From: Candidatus Heimdallarchaeota archaeon
GTDB taxonomy: Archaea > Asgardarchaeota > Heimdallarchaeia > JABLTI01
Assembly: GCA_019056785.1 (NCBI GenBank)
Contig: DXJV01000069.1
Span: 1 to 44,628 of the forward strand
Reading direction: 5' to 3'
DNA length: 44,628 nucleotides
How positions within the stretch are numbered: the stretch's first letter is position 1; every line of letters starts with the position of its first letter. The notes beneath the pieces were generated by a model, which did not search any database, had not been told where the DNA came from, and was given only the letters and a program-made list of their open reading frames with translations. The position numbers were made by a program, and so were the translations under genes. Shown piece by piece: positions 1 to 10,355 of the stretch.

Positions 1-789
1 GCTGAAAGGAATGATTCGCTTGGAAAAGGGCCCTTTTATGGTGCTCCATTCCCTCTTGAAGCTATTTTGGAAGGGAAAAAAGAGTTGGTGATCTATTTTG
101 GGCGCGCTCAAAAATACGTGAAGGGGACAGATGCTGTTATTGCTGTAGCAAGACATGACAAAAAGCGGCACTATATGATTATTTGCAGTGGCTCCAAAAG
201 TGAATTGCAATGGCATTTATCAATGATGACGGGTTTGGAAAATGTCACTTTAGCATGGGAACATAATTCAAAACTCGTTCTTGGAGTAGTTCAATTGGCA
301 GAAACAAATCCTAAAGTTAGAAGCTATGCTTTGTTTTTATCACGAAGAGAACCAATGGGCCTTGTCAGTCGAGAAGTTGTTCTTATGCAAGATCGTGGGA
401 CTGTTCTCCCCATTGTTTCAAATCTTTGCGGTTTCGATGATAAATGGCAAAGAGAATTTAGCTTTGTAGTTACCAATCCCTCCTATGGAGAAGAAAAGGG
501 TAGTCATTTTCAAGAAAAGAACTCTCAAATGAGCCCACAGGAAGAACTGTTCATTAATGACCAATGCATTAAAGAAACTTTAGAGGCCTTAGATTCCTTA
601 AGTAAATTACCAGTAGAAGAGTTGCAAGAGCGCGTGTCGAAATACAAAGCAGCAATTAAACAAGTCTACAATCAAAATCGTTATTGGAGTTTTTATTTGC
701 AAATAATAGAAAAACTCATACCTGAAATAGTGCCAATTGTAGATAGCATTATAGAAAAAAATGGTTTAGAGCGCCTGCCAAATATTTAA
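1..789 (+). CDS. Hypothetical protein, 5'-truncated by the window edge
   Basis: Frame 1 is open from base 1 (AERNDSLGKGPFYGAPFPLEAILEGKKE...) through the listed ORF to TAA at 787-789. No family motif recognised. Confidence 0.7.
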   Translation, partial: AERNDSLGKGPFYGAPFPLEAILEGKKELVIYFGRAQKYVKGTDAVIAVARHDKKRHYMIICSGSKSELQWHLSMMTGLENVTLAWEHNSKLVLGVVQLAETNPKVRSYALFLSRREPMGLVSREVVLMQDRGTVLPIVSNLCGFDDKWQREFSFVVTNPSYGEEKGSHFQEKNSQMSPQEELFINDQCIKETLEALDSLSKLPVEELQERVSKYKAAIKQVYNQNRYWSFYLQIIEKLIPEIVPIVDSIIEKNGLERLPNI

Positions 790-930
790 CAAAAAATCCT
801 CCTACAGCTTAAATCTTTTACTATTTTGCTACAAGGCATAAATTTATTTTCCAAATAGGCTTTTTAGAGAATAATATTACAATAACATAATTTTTAATAG
901 CTTAGTAAAAAATTAGATGGGGCAACAATC

Positions 931-3900
931 TTGACTGGACCTGTAAAAGATGAGAATTCATCATCAAGTCACAAGAAATCAGAAAAAGGGTCTAATCGAG
1001 ATACAATTAGTAATGAAGAACAATTAGCTTTTGAAAAAGAGCAATTATCAAAACGTCTCATCGAAATAGAGCGACGCGCTTTAGGTCTTTTTGAACTAAC
1101 AAATGATGCCATTTTCTTCCTTGATCTAGAGGGTAATCTATTGGATGTTAATCAACGTGCAGCAGAAATACTGGGTTATAATCGTCATGACATTATTGGA
1201 ACTTCTATTTTCAATTATATTGCAGATGAGGATCAAAAAGATGCAAAAAACCGGTTAAAGGCATTGATTTCAGGTGAAATTTTACCAATCTATTGTCGCT
1301 GGTTTAAAAGAAAAGATGGCTCAAAATTTCCTGCTGAAATAAACGTTGCTTTAGTTCAGGATGAAGAAGGGAAACCTACCTATATTCAAAGTGCAGTTAG
1401 AGATATTAGTGAACGACATGCTGTTGAGGAGACTTTAAAAAGAGAGCGTGAAGCATTCAATTTACTAGCCAAGGCATCCATTCTTTCAACTGACCTGGTT
1501 GATCTCTGTAAGCGAATTGCCTTTAGTATCTGTCGAGTCTTAGATTTTGATGCAGCAGCTATAAGAGTTTTTGAAAAATCAACTTCTCTTTTGAAAGTAA
1601 TCGCAACTCATGGCATTAGAGAAAAAACCGCTTACCTTGAACCAACTAAACTCTCGGACCCAAATTATATTTATACCTTAAGTGCACGACTAAAACGTGA
1701 AATTATAATGTCACGATTTGAAGAGCAATCACTAATCGCTCAATATAAAGAGAAATTACGTTCTGTTGGGATACACGAACTCATTACTTGGCCGATTTTA
1801 GATAATAAAAATGATCTTTTAGGAGTAATTCAATTAGCCTCCTATCACCCCAAAGTTGTCTCTGAGCATGATTTCCAATTCTTTGAAACCTTAGCAAGAA
1901 TGTTTACTCTTGCCTTTGAACGGAAGCTGGGTGAAGAAGCTCTTAAAGAAAGCGAGGAACGGTATCGTTCTTTTGCTCAGAATTTCCAAGGTATTGCTTT
2001 TCGGGTAAAAAAAGATTGGACGCCTGTCTTTTTCCATGGTGCTGTTGAGGCTCTTACGGGCTATAGAGAAGCTGATTTCTTAAAAAGAGAACCTGAATGG
2101 AATGAAATCATTTACCCCGCAGATCGAGATATAGTTTTGAAGGAACGAAAGGCTTTACAAACAACACCAAATAAGTCTAGCACTCTGGAATACCGAATTA
2201 TCCGGAAAAATGGGCAAATTAAATGGGTTCAAGAAATCTCTCAGAATATCTGTGATGAGTCAAATAAAATACTTCATATTCAAGGAGCAATCTATGATAT
2301 CACCGAGCGAAAGAGAAATGAATCAATCCTTGAAATTCAAAAGGACCTTGGAATAAAATTAAGTACGATTACAAATCTTCAAACAGCATTGGAGTGTGTT
2401 TTGGAGACAGCAATGGATATTGATGTTTTTGATTGCGGGTGTGTATATCTTGTCGATAAAGAAACTGGTTTTATCTATCCAACAGCGAAAAAAGCGTTAA
2501 GTGATGAGTTTATAGATGAGATTACTTATTATTCCTCGAACTCTCCATTCACTCATGCTGTCCTAACAGGAAAAGCGTTTTACCAGGAATATGATGACTT
2601 ACAGGTCAATTTTGAAGAAGAATCTTTCAAAGAAGAAAAAATACGCTCTTTAACCATTCAACCAATTTATTCGGATGAAGACCATATCATTTCTATCCTT
2701 GTGCTTTGTTCACATAAAATAGATCATATCCCTCTTTCAACAAGGCATGCTATCGAATTACTAGTTGCCCAGATAGAAGGAGCCATACAACGGATAGATG
2801 TTGAGGAAGCTTTACGAGAAAGCAATGAAAAATATCGTACATTCGTTCAAAACTTCCAAGGAATTGCTTATCGAATGGATATTGATTATAAACCCATTTT
2901 CATTGATGGTGCTTGTGAAGCAATTCTCGGGCTGTCTGTAGAAGAGATGCTTTCAGGGAAATATAAACGGGAAGATTATATCCATCCATATGACATTGAT
3001 AAATTAAATAAGAAAATGCAAGAATCCCTTCAAAATCCACAGAAAAACTGGCAAATGGAATACCGGATAATTACTAAAGATGGTAAAATTAAATGGATTT
3101 TAGATAGTTGGCAAGTTTTAGTTGATAATGAGAATAATCCTATTGGTTATCAAGGGTCTATCCAGGACATCTCTGAAAAGAAGGTCGCACAAGATGAACT
3201 CCAAAAATTATATGAGGACCTCGAACGGCGAGTAAATGAACGGACTGACCAAATTTCTGAAATCAACAAAGAATTGGTCGCTTTTTCATATTCAGTTTCT
3301 CATGATTTGCGAACCCCCTTAAGGCACATAGGTGGCTTTGCTCAATTATTGCAAAAACGTGTTGCATCAATGGAAAACAAAGATGAACGCATTGAAGGTT
3401 ATTGTCAAAAAATTCTAAATTCCGTTGAAGAAATGAATGCCCTTATTGATGGTCTTCTAACTTACTCGCGGATGAGTCGGGTAGAAATGGTGCGAATAAA
3501 GGTGAATCTCACTGAACTCGTTCATGACGTTTTAAATGACTTCCAAATTGAACTGAAAAATCGTAAAGTAGATATTAGAGTTGACATCCTTCCTGAAGTC
3601 GTTGGTGACCCCTCCTTACTTCGGCTTGTGCTTGTTAATCTGATAGCCAATGCTTTGAAATTCACCAAAACAAAGGAGTTAGCTGTTATTGAGATTGGGC
3701 AAAAACCGTTCCAGGATCCTGAAAAAGTGACGATTTATATTCGGGATAATGGTGTTGGCTTCGATATGAAGTACTATGAACGTTTATTTGGCGTGTTCCA
3801 ACGATTGCATAAACAAGAGGAATTTGAAGGAACGGGAATTGGATTGGCAACTGTTCAACGAGTCATTCGTCGAATGGGAGGAAATATTTGGGCAGAAGGG

Positions 3901-3972
3901 GAAGTGGGCCAAGGAGCAACTTTTTATTTCACCCTTCCTAAAGCAGACAAAAATCTTAAAAAAAATGACTAG
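931..3972 (+). CDS. Soluble PAS-GAF-PAS-GAF-PAS sensor histidine kinase (HisKA + HATPase_c)
   Basis: H-box FSYSVSHDLRTPLRHIGGF, N-box NLIANALKF, G1 DNGVGFD, F/G2 FQRLH..EEFEGTGIGLA. Repeated PAS/PAC motifs (DISER, DITER, DISEK). No TM segments. Confidence 0.93.
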   Translation: MTGPVKDENSSSSHKKSEKGSNRDTISNEEQLAFEKEQLSKRLIEIERRALGLFELTNDAIFFLDLEGNLLDVNQRAAEILGYNRHDIIGTSIFNYIADEDQKDAKNRLKALISGEILPIYCRWFKRKDGSKFPAEINVALVQDEEGKPTYIQSAVRDISERHAVEETLKREREAFNLLAKASILSTDLVDLCKRIAFSICRVLDFDAAAIRVFEKSTSLLKVIATHGIREKTAYLEPTKLSDPNYIYTLSARLKREIIMSRFEEQSLIAQYKEKLRSVGIHELITWPILDNKNDLLGVIQLASYHPKVVSEHDFQFFETLARMFTLAFERKLGEEALKESEERYRSFAQNFQGIAFRVKKDWTPVFFHGAVEALTGYREADFLKREPEWNEIIYPADRDIVLKERKALQTTPNKSSTLEYRIIRKNGQIKWVQEISQNICDESNKILHIQGAIYDITERKRNESILEIQKDLGIKLSTITNLQTALECVLETAMDIDVFDCGCVYLVDKETGFIYPTAKKALSDEFIDEITYYSSNSPFTHAVLTGKAFYQEYDDLQVNFEEESFKEEKIRSLTIQPIYSDEDHIISILVLCSHKIDHIPLSTRHAIELLVAQIEGAIQRIDVEEALRESNEKYRTFVQNFQGIAYRMDIDYKPIFIDGACEAILGLSVEEMLSGKYKREDYIHPYDIDKLNKKMQESLQNPQKNWQMEYRIITKDGKIKWILDSWQVLVDNENNPIGYQGSIQDISEKKVAQDELQKLYEDLERRVNERTDQISEINKELVAFSYSVSHDLRTPLRHIGGFAQLLQKRVASMENKDERIEGYCQKILNSVEEMNALIDGLLTYSRMSRVEMVRIKVNLTELVHDVLNDFQIELKNRKVDIRVDILPEVVGDPSLLRLVLVNLIANALKFTKTKELAVIEIGQKPFQDPEKVTIYIRDNGVGFDMKYYERLFGVFQRLHKQEEFEGTGIGLATVQRVIRRMGGNIWAEGEVGQGATFYFTLPKADKNLKKND

Positions 3973-4400
3973 CTGATTTCTGTTCGCCATTGTTTCAAGT
4001 TGTCTACAAAAATTTTTCTGTCGTCTTTTTGTTCTAAATTGTCTAATAATTCGAGCAAGCTATCTTGAACTAGATAAATGTTTCTTGAAGAAGTGGGATA
4101 GCTAAGAGTAAAGTCAAGTAACGGAAAATATTTCTCCATTAATTCATCATTTGCTTCGATTAGCTTGGAAAACAACCCATTTGGAATTGGGAGCTCTTTT
4201 ACCCACGCATTTGCTTCAGTGATGCTTACTCTCTCATCATGAACAAGATAAAATGATGCGAGGGCAATATTTTCTAAAGCCCTTTTACAATGTGTATAAA
4301 CACTTTGATGGTTCAAATATTTCCGAGCTTCAATAGCCTTCTGATATTCAGCAATTGCTGTAGAAATCAGATTAATCATTAATTGAGGGTCATCAATCAT
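3969..4400 (-). CDS. Hypothetical helical protein, weakly HEPN-like
   Basis: 143-aa ORF with ATG start, convergent 4-bp overlap with the kinase. N-terminal pattern (A..EY.KA..A......V..HCKRALE....A) loosely fits HEPN. No RxxxxH motif. Confidence 0.55.
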   Translation of the reverse strand: MIDDPQLMINLISTAIAEYQKAIEARKYLNHQSVYTHCKRALENIALASFYLVHDERVSITEANAWVKELPIPNGLFSKLIEANDELMEKYFPLLDFTLSYPTSSRNIYLVQDSLLELLDNLEQKDDRKIFVDNLKQWRTEIS

Positions 4401-4454
4401 TTTTTTACCAAGCCTTTTTCTTTGCTTAAATTAATCTATGCATTCCCTGTAAAA

Positions 4455-5315
4455 TCATTTTTCTATCCAACTAATAATATAGCGCTTTAAATGGGATTTC
4501 TCGTTCTCTTTTTCCGCTATTTTCTGCCAAGAGCCTTTTATATTCTGTTCTTGCACACATAAATCGAAATGACATAAAGCAATTCCAATGTCAAGAAGTT
4601 TTAATTTCGGAAACTTTGTTGGAGTAATCTTTTCTGTTGTTTCAATATAAAAGTGGAACATTTTCTCATCCTTTATAATGCGCCATGGCTGTGAATTGCG
4701 ACTCGAGGGCGCCCAGCGAACCATTTCAAGAGTTTCAGAAAACTTTCCCGCGGCTTCTCGTGAAAGAGTATGGAAGAAATCTTTCTGAAAGAAAAAGTGT
4801 TTCCAACTTTTCCTGCGTTTAGATCTAATTGCAAGAGAAATTATTGAGTCTCTTATTCCTGTTGTATTTGTTGGATAACCAACGGGAGAAATAGCTGGAA
4901 TTATTTCGTCGTTTTTTAATTCAATGACTTTTGCAAGGTAATCATTACGAAAAGTTTGTCCAAGCCAACAAGTGCCCAAATCAAGTTCTGTGGCTTTTAA
5001 AATTACTTGCTCAAAAGTATACCCATAATCAATAACTGTTTCTGGAGTTGCTTGGGGGATGACGCCAACGAGAAACATCTTGGCCCCACGTACCATTCGA
5101 TAAGTAAGTTTATTGCTATCCGGAATTTCATCAGGGAGTTTTACAAGTTTATACTTAATTTCAGTGTTGAAAAGTCCCTTCAGGGGTTTTTTGATTGCGT
5201 GTTCTAAAATCCTCAAAGTTTGTTTCTTAATCGGAACGTTTTGATATTTCCTGCATGATGAGCGTTTTCGAATTATATTAAAAACTGATTCTTGAAATTT
5301 CATTTGGTCATTCAC
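4455..5315 (-). CDS. Nitroreductase family protein (two-domain type)
   Basis: IRKRSSCRKY, ATELDLGTCWLG, RWAPSSRNSQPWR, LDIGIALCHF motifs. The start may be the ATG at 5303. Confidence 0.9.
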   Translation of the reverse strand: MNDQMKFQESVFNIIRKRSSCRKYQNVPIKKQTLRILEHAIKKPLKGLFNTEIKYKLVKLPDEIPDSNKLTYRMVRGAKMFLVGVIPQATPETVIDYGYTFEQVILKATELDLGTCWLGQTFRNDYLAKVIELKNDEIIPAISPVGYPTNTTGIRDSIISLAIRSKRRKSWKHFFFQKDFFHTLSREAAGKFSETLEMVRWAPSSRNSQPWRIIKDEKMFHFYIETTEKITPTKFPKLKLLDIGIALCHFDLCVQEQNIKGSWQKIAEKENEKSHLKRYIISWIEK

Positions 5316-5447
5316 AAAACAAGAAGTGCCCCTTGGCTATTTAAAACCTCACTTTTAATCGTTTAGAACATACGGCTTTCTCAGAATTGATTATTGTATA
5401 ACCTCTTTTTCATTTATTCTCGGAAATTGTTAAAGACTCAAGAATAG

Positions 5448-7166
5448 TCAAGAGAATTCTCTCGTCATAAATTTTTTTCGAAATTCCTCCTTTAAGAGTT
5501 GTTTGGTGATTAAAATTGACATGTCATTTCTGTTTTTATTAACCGAAAGGCGAAGAATAGGAGAGGTTTGTTCTCGTTTATAGTAGAACACCTTAAAGAA
5601 ACCTGCAGTGCCTTCACTATATGGTTCTCTTCTTCCGAGGCTCACTATCAATTCTTTCTCGCCATCGTTATCAAGATCAAAAGTGTCAACATCCCAATTA
5701 AAGGAGTCATTCCCCCATAAAACAATCGGTCGAATGGTTGAAATATTGAATCGTGAATGGGAGAGAGGAATAATTCCAAAGTCATCCCCTAAATTTTGAA
5801 AAATTACAATGTCGCCCCAAGTATTTGCCCCTTGACGGGTTCGCATAGCATAGATAGCAATGTCATCAAAACCATCTTTATTATAATCCCATGGTTGAGG
5901 ACTAGAGTATACCCATATGTAGGGATAGGTCCAATCAAAATTAAAATCGATTGTTCTTATCGTCCAACTGGCACCTTCTTTTACAAAATAGAGGAAACCA
6001 TTCAGTCCTATGCCTTCAACTGCCACAGTATTTGCCAAGCCAAAAACAATTGCTTCTGCACCATTGGTAGCATTTCCATCGAAATTCCCTCGATTGGCTG
6101 GAAAAAGTTCAACACCACCCATCCACCAGCTTTGTTCCTCTTGAAAAGCATAGGTGTGGTTGACATCAGCTGCTACTCTGCGATAAAAAACAATTTTACT
6201 GGCAAGAATGGCATTATGTTCATCACGAAAGGTTCCCCACATCATTAAGTCTAACCCTGGACTATCATCATAGAGATTAGTTACCGTAGCTCGTGCTTGT
6301 AATCTATCTGAGAGGTTCATTTCAGCCGGGTCCCAATACAACTCTCGGTAACTATCTGAAAGGTTATCATAAAGCCAAAAACGTTTCAGGTAAAAGGGTT
6401 CTTGATTGTGAGGTTCAGCTCCTATAATGGTTTTCGTAACAAATCGATAATCAAATGGATAAAATCCCTCTTCAGGTTGCTCTAGAAGAAAGACATGTCC
6501 AAAATATTTGTTATCATTAAAACGATTACATGTCACCAAAATGTGATAACCATCCTTTAAGGGGCCGGAAAAAGAACGCGGAACAAAAGAGGGAATAATC
6601 ATTATCCCACCAGTTAAGTTTTCAGCCCAAGCGCCATAAAATAGCGGTTTTGGCTCCCACAAAGACCCTGCGTTTGGATCAATATAGATTACTCCGGGAA
6701 AGGGTCTACTTGAATAAGCATGATTTGGCGGGTAGTTTATAATATCAGCCATTGTAACGATCTCTTGCAAACCATCACCATCAATATCCTCATCAACTAT
6801 CCCTTTAACAGGCCAGGTATAGGACTGATTGCCTGAAAAGTCAAATCGGGGGTGAAGGGTTTCTACTCCCCAGTCACCTTGCTCATTCTGATAATGACGA
6901 AAAATTCCAGCAACACCATGAGAATAACTCCCAATCATTTCAAGAGTGCCATTGCCGGTGAAATCTCCAAAGCTAACTGTTTGCTGAAAATCATCCTTCA
7001 TTGGTACACCTATCTCGTGCCAATCCTCAGGCGGTTCCTGCCATGGTCCATTAGCCGTTGTTGAAGTTTTATTATGGAAAGTCAAATAACCAATTAAAAC
7101 GCCTAAACTAGTACAACTTAAACTCAAAATAATAACTATTGAAAAAAATTGTTGCCGGTTCATCAT
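5448..7166 (-). CDS. N-terminally anchored FG-GAP/VCBS-repeat (beta-propeller) surface protein
   Basis: Hydrophobic N-terminal segment. Repeated Ca-binding-type loops GDFTGNGTLE, EDIDGDGLQE, WDYNKDGFDD, FDLDNDGEKE. Many NxS/T sequons. Confidence 0.8.
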   Translation of the reverse strand: MMNRQQFFSIVIILSLSCTSLGVLIGYLTFHNKTSTTANGPWQEPPEDWHEIGVPMKDDFQQTVSFGDFTGNGTLEMIGSYSHGVAGIFRHYQNEQGDWGVETLHPRFDFSGNQSYTWPVKGIVDEDIDGDGLQEIVTMADIINYPPNHAYSSRPFPGVIYIDPNAGSLWEPKPLFYGAWAENLTGGIMIIPSFVPRSFSGPLKDGYHILVTCNRFNDNKYFGHVFLLEQPEEGFYPFDYRFVTKTIIGAEPHNQEPFYLKRFWLYDNLSDSYRELYWDPAEMNLSDRLQARATVTNLYDDSPGLDLMMWGTFRDEHNAILASKIVFYRRVAADVNHTYAFQEEQSWWMGGVELFPANRGNFDGNATNGAEAIVFGLANTVAVEGIGLNGFLYFVKEGASWTIRTIDFNFDWTYPYIWVYSSPQPWDYNKDGFDDIAIYAMRTRQGANTWGDIVIFQNLGDDFGIIPLSHSRFNISTIRPIVLWGNDSFNWDVDTFDLDNDGEKELIVSLGRREPYSEGTAGFFKVFYYKREQTSPILRLSVNKNRNDMSILITKQLLKEEFRKKFMTREFS

Positions 7167-7206
7167 AATTTTAAACTTGGGTCTTTCTGATTAATAAACT
7201 ATCTTC

Positions 7207-7279
7207 CCGAAAAAGAATCGTTCATTAAAAATGGGAGGATGTTATTTAAATTAGTAGTAAAATAAGACTTTGAAGGTTT
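7207..7279 (+). repeat. Diverged direct repeat, copy 1 (copy 2 at 10356-10432)
   Basis: ccgaaaaagaatcgttcattaaaa...atgttatt..aaat...ctttgaaggttt matches 10356-10432 (ccgaaaaagaatcgtttattaaaa...atgttattgtaaat...ctttgaaggttt). Confidence 0.8.
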
Positions 7280-7530
7280 ATTTCCATTATGAATTTCTTA
7301 AGGTTCTTACTGAAAACTACAAACTCTTGTTATTTTCTGAAAGGCAAACGTTTAGTAATTATTTGAGGGATTTCTTAAAACGTCGATTGGTCTTTCACAA
7401 AACTAGGGCCCCCCTTCCGGATATTTAAAATCTCACTTTTAAGTCACTTAAACACTACACTAAAAAGAAAAAAGAGAAAGGAAAGAAAGCTTCGCAGAAT
7501 GATTAAAGCTTCAAGACTCTCAAAAAAGTT

Positions 7531-8274
7531 TTATCTGCTTTCATTTCCATTGGGAACAAATATTATACCATCTTCTAAACGTAATATTTGATCTGTCTTT
7601 TCCCAGACTCGAGGGTCATGAGAAACAATTACCACAGTAACACCCATTTCGCGATTAAGGCTGCGTAGAAGGGCAATGATTTCATCGCCATTCTTTGAAT
7701 CGAGGTTTCCGGTGGGTTCGTCAGCAAAAATAATTGAAGGATTATTAATTAGTGCTCGGGCGATTGCAATTCTTTGTTTTTCACCCCCACTAAGTTCCTT
7801 GGGTTTGTGTTTGGCTCTTTGCTCAAGTCCAACCATTGCCAGGGTTTTCAAAGCTCGTTCACGGTCTGTTTTTGAAATGCCATCGGGAATGAGTGGCAAC
7901 AGAACGTTCTCTAAAGCCGAGAGTGTTGGGATTAAGAGGAAATCTTGAAACACGAAGCCAATTTCTGTTTTCCGTATGGTCGCAAGTTTTCCTTCAGAGA
8001 GGCCAGTAATTTCAATCTCCTTTAGAAAGGCTTCCCCCGAAGTAGCAGAGTCCATACACCCAAGAATGTTGAGCAGTGTGCTTTTTCCTGAGCCGCTAGG
8101 ACCTGCAATTGAGACCATTTTTCCTTGTTCAATACCAAAGGAAACATTGTTTAATGCCACAACTTCAGATGGCTCGCCTTTATTGTAAATCTTAGTTAAA
8201 TTATAGGTTCTGATGATATATTTCTCAAGATCATGCCTTTTGGTGAGTTCAATATGATTTATGTGTTCTGTCAT
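7531..8274 (-). CDS. ABC transporter ATP-binding protein (LolD/MacB type)
   Basis: Walker A GPSGSGKST, signature LSGGEKQR, Walker B IIFADEPTGNLD, H-loop VSHD. SD-like AGGAGGT upstream. Confidence 0.95.
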   Translation of the reverse strand: MTEHINHIELTKRHDLEKYIIRTYNLTKIYNKGEPSEVVALNNVSFGIEQGKMVSIAGPSGSGKSTLLNILGCMDSATSGEAFLKEIEITGLSEGKLATIRKTEIGFVFQDFLLIPTLSALENVLLPLIPDGISKTDRERALKTLAMVGLEQRAKHKPKELSGGEKQRIAIARALINNPSIIFADEPTGNLDSKNGDEIIALLRSLNREMGVTVVIVSHDPRVWEKTDQILRLEDGIIFVPNGNESR

Positions 8275-8293
8275 TTTTTAACCTCCTTGATAA

Positions 8294-9511
8294 CTAAAGT
8301 CCTCGAATAACTTCCATTGGTTTCACCCGTGCAGCTCGAATGCCAGGGATTAACCCAGCAATAAGGCCAAAACCAATGCCTAACGCAAGCACTTGGAGGG
8401 CAATTTGCCATGTAATAACAATGAAGGTTTCAGTTGCTCCGCGTTGTGCAATAAAGATTAACCCTGCGCCAAAACCAAAACCAATGAGGGCGCCAACAAG
8501 TCCGATAATTATTGATTCGAGAATAATTGTAAAAAGAATGGTTCTATTCTTCCAACCGGTGGCTTTCATAATGGCAAATTCTTTCATTCGTTCTGTAACA
8601 CCCATTAATTGGGCGACAATTATGGCCATGCCCCCTGCAACAATAACAATAACTGTCAGAATTATTTGAACTGTGTTGAAGTTTTGCATCACGGAAGAAG
8701 CATCTTGCATAGCTTCGCCGATAAGTTCAATTTGTAGCTTTGGTTCCAACGCTTCGAGCTCTTCAGCATATTTTTCAGTTGTTTCCAGGCTCGAAGAATC
8801 GAAGCGAATATTGACATAATTGTAACCAGTCAATTCATACGGTAAAAATAGGTTATTTAACATTCGACCCGTAGCAACAGACATTACAATTGTTGGATGA
8901 AGCATTGCAAGGGTGTCCTGTGAGGTGTCAAAAATTCCTACGACTGTTAGAGGAATAGCATAGGTAAAGTTAATTTGAAAGTCAATCGTTTGGCCAACAA
9001 CAAAGAACCCATTAGAATCACTGGTAAGAAAATCAGCAACAATAATTTCAAAGTTAGTCTGATAAACGCGCCCTTCGATAATTCGTGTAGTGGGCCCCTC
9101 AAATTGTGCATCATTGATGGGGTTGATCCCTCGAGCGTTTAAAGCAACAGTGGCCATTCCCGGCCGATGGGGAGAACTAGCAGTGATGTTTTCACTGAAT
9201 TGCTCAAACCCTTGGACATAAATAATTGGACTAATTGCCTCTATTTTTTCGCTATTTTCAATGGTCATAATTGTATCTGTAATATTTTCTGGCAATTGTG
9301 AAATTGTTATGTCCTTATTATACTCTGTCACTCGAACATCACCAAGGGTTTCAGCAATGGTGTTGTCCAATAATTGATTAAATCCTGCAGAAGCAGAAGA
9401 AAGCGTGACCATTAATCCTACTCCTATCGCAATACCGGTAATAGAAAGAGCAGTTACTAACTTTTTTCGAAACGTATTCTTCACCACAAAACTAATGGTT
9501 TGAAAGCTCAT
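8294..9511 (-). CDS. ABC transporter permease (MacB/FtsX family)
   Basis: One N-terminal TM, large extracellular domain, ERMKEFAIMKATGW motif, three C-terminal TMs ending PGIRAARVKPMEVIR. Confidence 0.93.
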   Translation of the reverse strand: MSFQTISFVVKNTFRKKLVTALSITGIAIGVGLMVTLSSASAGFNQLLDNTIAETLGDVRVTEYNKDITISQLPENITDTIMTIENSEKIEAISPIIYVQGFEQFSENITASSPHRPGMATVALNARGINPINDAQFEGPTTRIIEGRVYQTNFEIIVADFLTSDSNGFFVVGQTIDFQINFTYAIPLTVVGIFDTSQDTLAMLHPTIVMSVATGRMLNNLFLPYELTGYNYVNIRFDSSSLETTEKYAEELEALEPKLQIELIGEAMQDASSVMQNFNTVQIILTVIVIVAGGMAIIVAQLMGVTERMKEFAIMKATGWKNRTILFTIILESIIIGLVGALIGFGFGAGLIFIAQRGATETFIVITWQIALQVLALGIGFGLIAGLIPGIRAARVKPMEVIRGL

Positions 9512-9561
9512 TTTTCTTTTTCTCCTTTGTGAATCATTTTTTGTTTATAATGTGTTTAGTT

Positions 9562-9585
9562 TTTGTTTATACAAGTATAAACAAA
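9562..9585. promoter_or_regulatory. Palindromic candidate TetR operator
   Basis: Perfect inverted repeat TTTGTTTATAC-AA-GTATAAACAAA between the divergent ABC permease and TetR starts. Confidence 0.7.
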
Positions 9586-9626
9586 TGGCAATCTTTATAT
9601 AAACCTTTGGAAATAGTTCTATTTAG

Positions 9627-10331
9627 ATGAGCATGAGTGACGAAGTGGTTAAGTTAAAAAAAGAGCAAAGAAGAGAGTCAATATTACAAACGTCATTGGT
9701 TGTCCTAGCAGAAAAGGGTATAGAGGGAACAACGATGCGAGAGATTGCTCGTCTCGAGAAGATTTCGGAAACGTTGTTATACCGCTTTTTTAAAAACAAA
9801 TACGAAATTCTCATAGCCATCTTTCAAAGTTATGTCTTAAAGACAATTGAAAAATTAAATGAGTTTCGAGAGACAATTAAAGGAATGATCCCAGATCCAG
9901 AACAAACATTACCAATAATAGTAAAATTAGCGAAAAAAAAATTGACTGAAAACGAACCATTAATTTCATTCATTCAAAAAGAAGGACCTCATCTTCCGGA
10001 GCATTTTCAACACATTAGAACAATGGCAAAGGTAGACATTCAATTCAGAAAGCAAATCGTAGAAAAAATTCAGGAATTGAGAATCGATCAAGCATTTAAC
10101 GATTATTTTGAGCGGTGTAAAAACGCCGGGAATTTGCGTGAGGATGTTGATATTAATGTGTTGACGAATTTATTTTTACGACTTCTCATTTCCCCTATGA
10201 GAGTGAATTTTTTTACTGAGGAAGGGAACATGCCAGTGCTGTCTGAGCAACAAAGAGAACAGCTAATAATGCAACAGATCGATATCATTCTTAAGGGGAT
10301 AGTCCCTCAAAAAAGGCGTATGGTAAAGTAA
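9627..10331 (+). CDS. TetR/AcrR family transcriptional regulator
   Basis: N-terminal HTH EKGIEGTTMREIARLEKISETLLYRFFKNKYEIL. Divergent from the ABC genes. Confidence 0.92.
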   Translation: MSMSDEVVKLKKEQRRESILQTSLVVLAEKGIEGTTMREIARLEKISETLLYRFFKNKYEILIAIFQSYVLKTIEKLNEFRETIKGMIPDPEQTLPIIVKLAKKKLTENEPLISFIQKEGPHLPEHFQHIRTMAKVDIQFRKQIVEKIQELRIDQAFNDYFERCKNAGNLREDVDINVLTNLFLRLLISPMRVNFFTEEGNMPVLSEQQREQLIMQQIDIILKGIVPQKRRMVK

Positions 10332-10355
10332 GGTGTTTTATTAGAAACACGCTTA

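Noticed and set aside
420-500. VVTNPSY in ORF1 as a methyltransferase NPPY-like motif
   Set aside because: A single degenerate match with no SAM-binding motif in the visible part of the protein.
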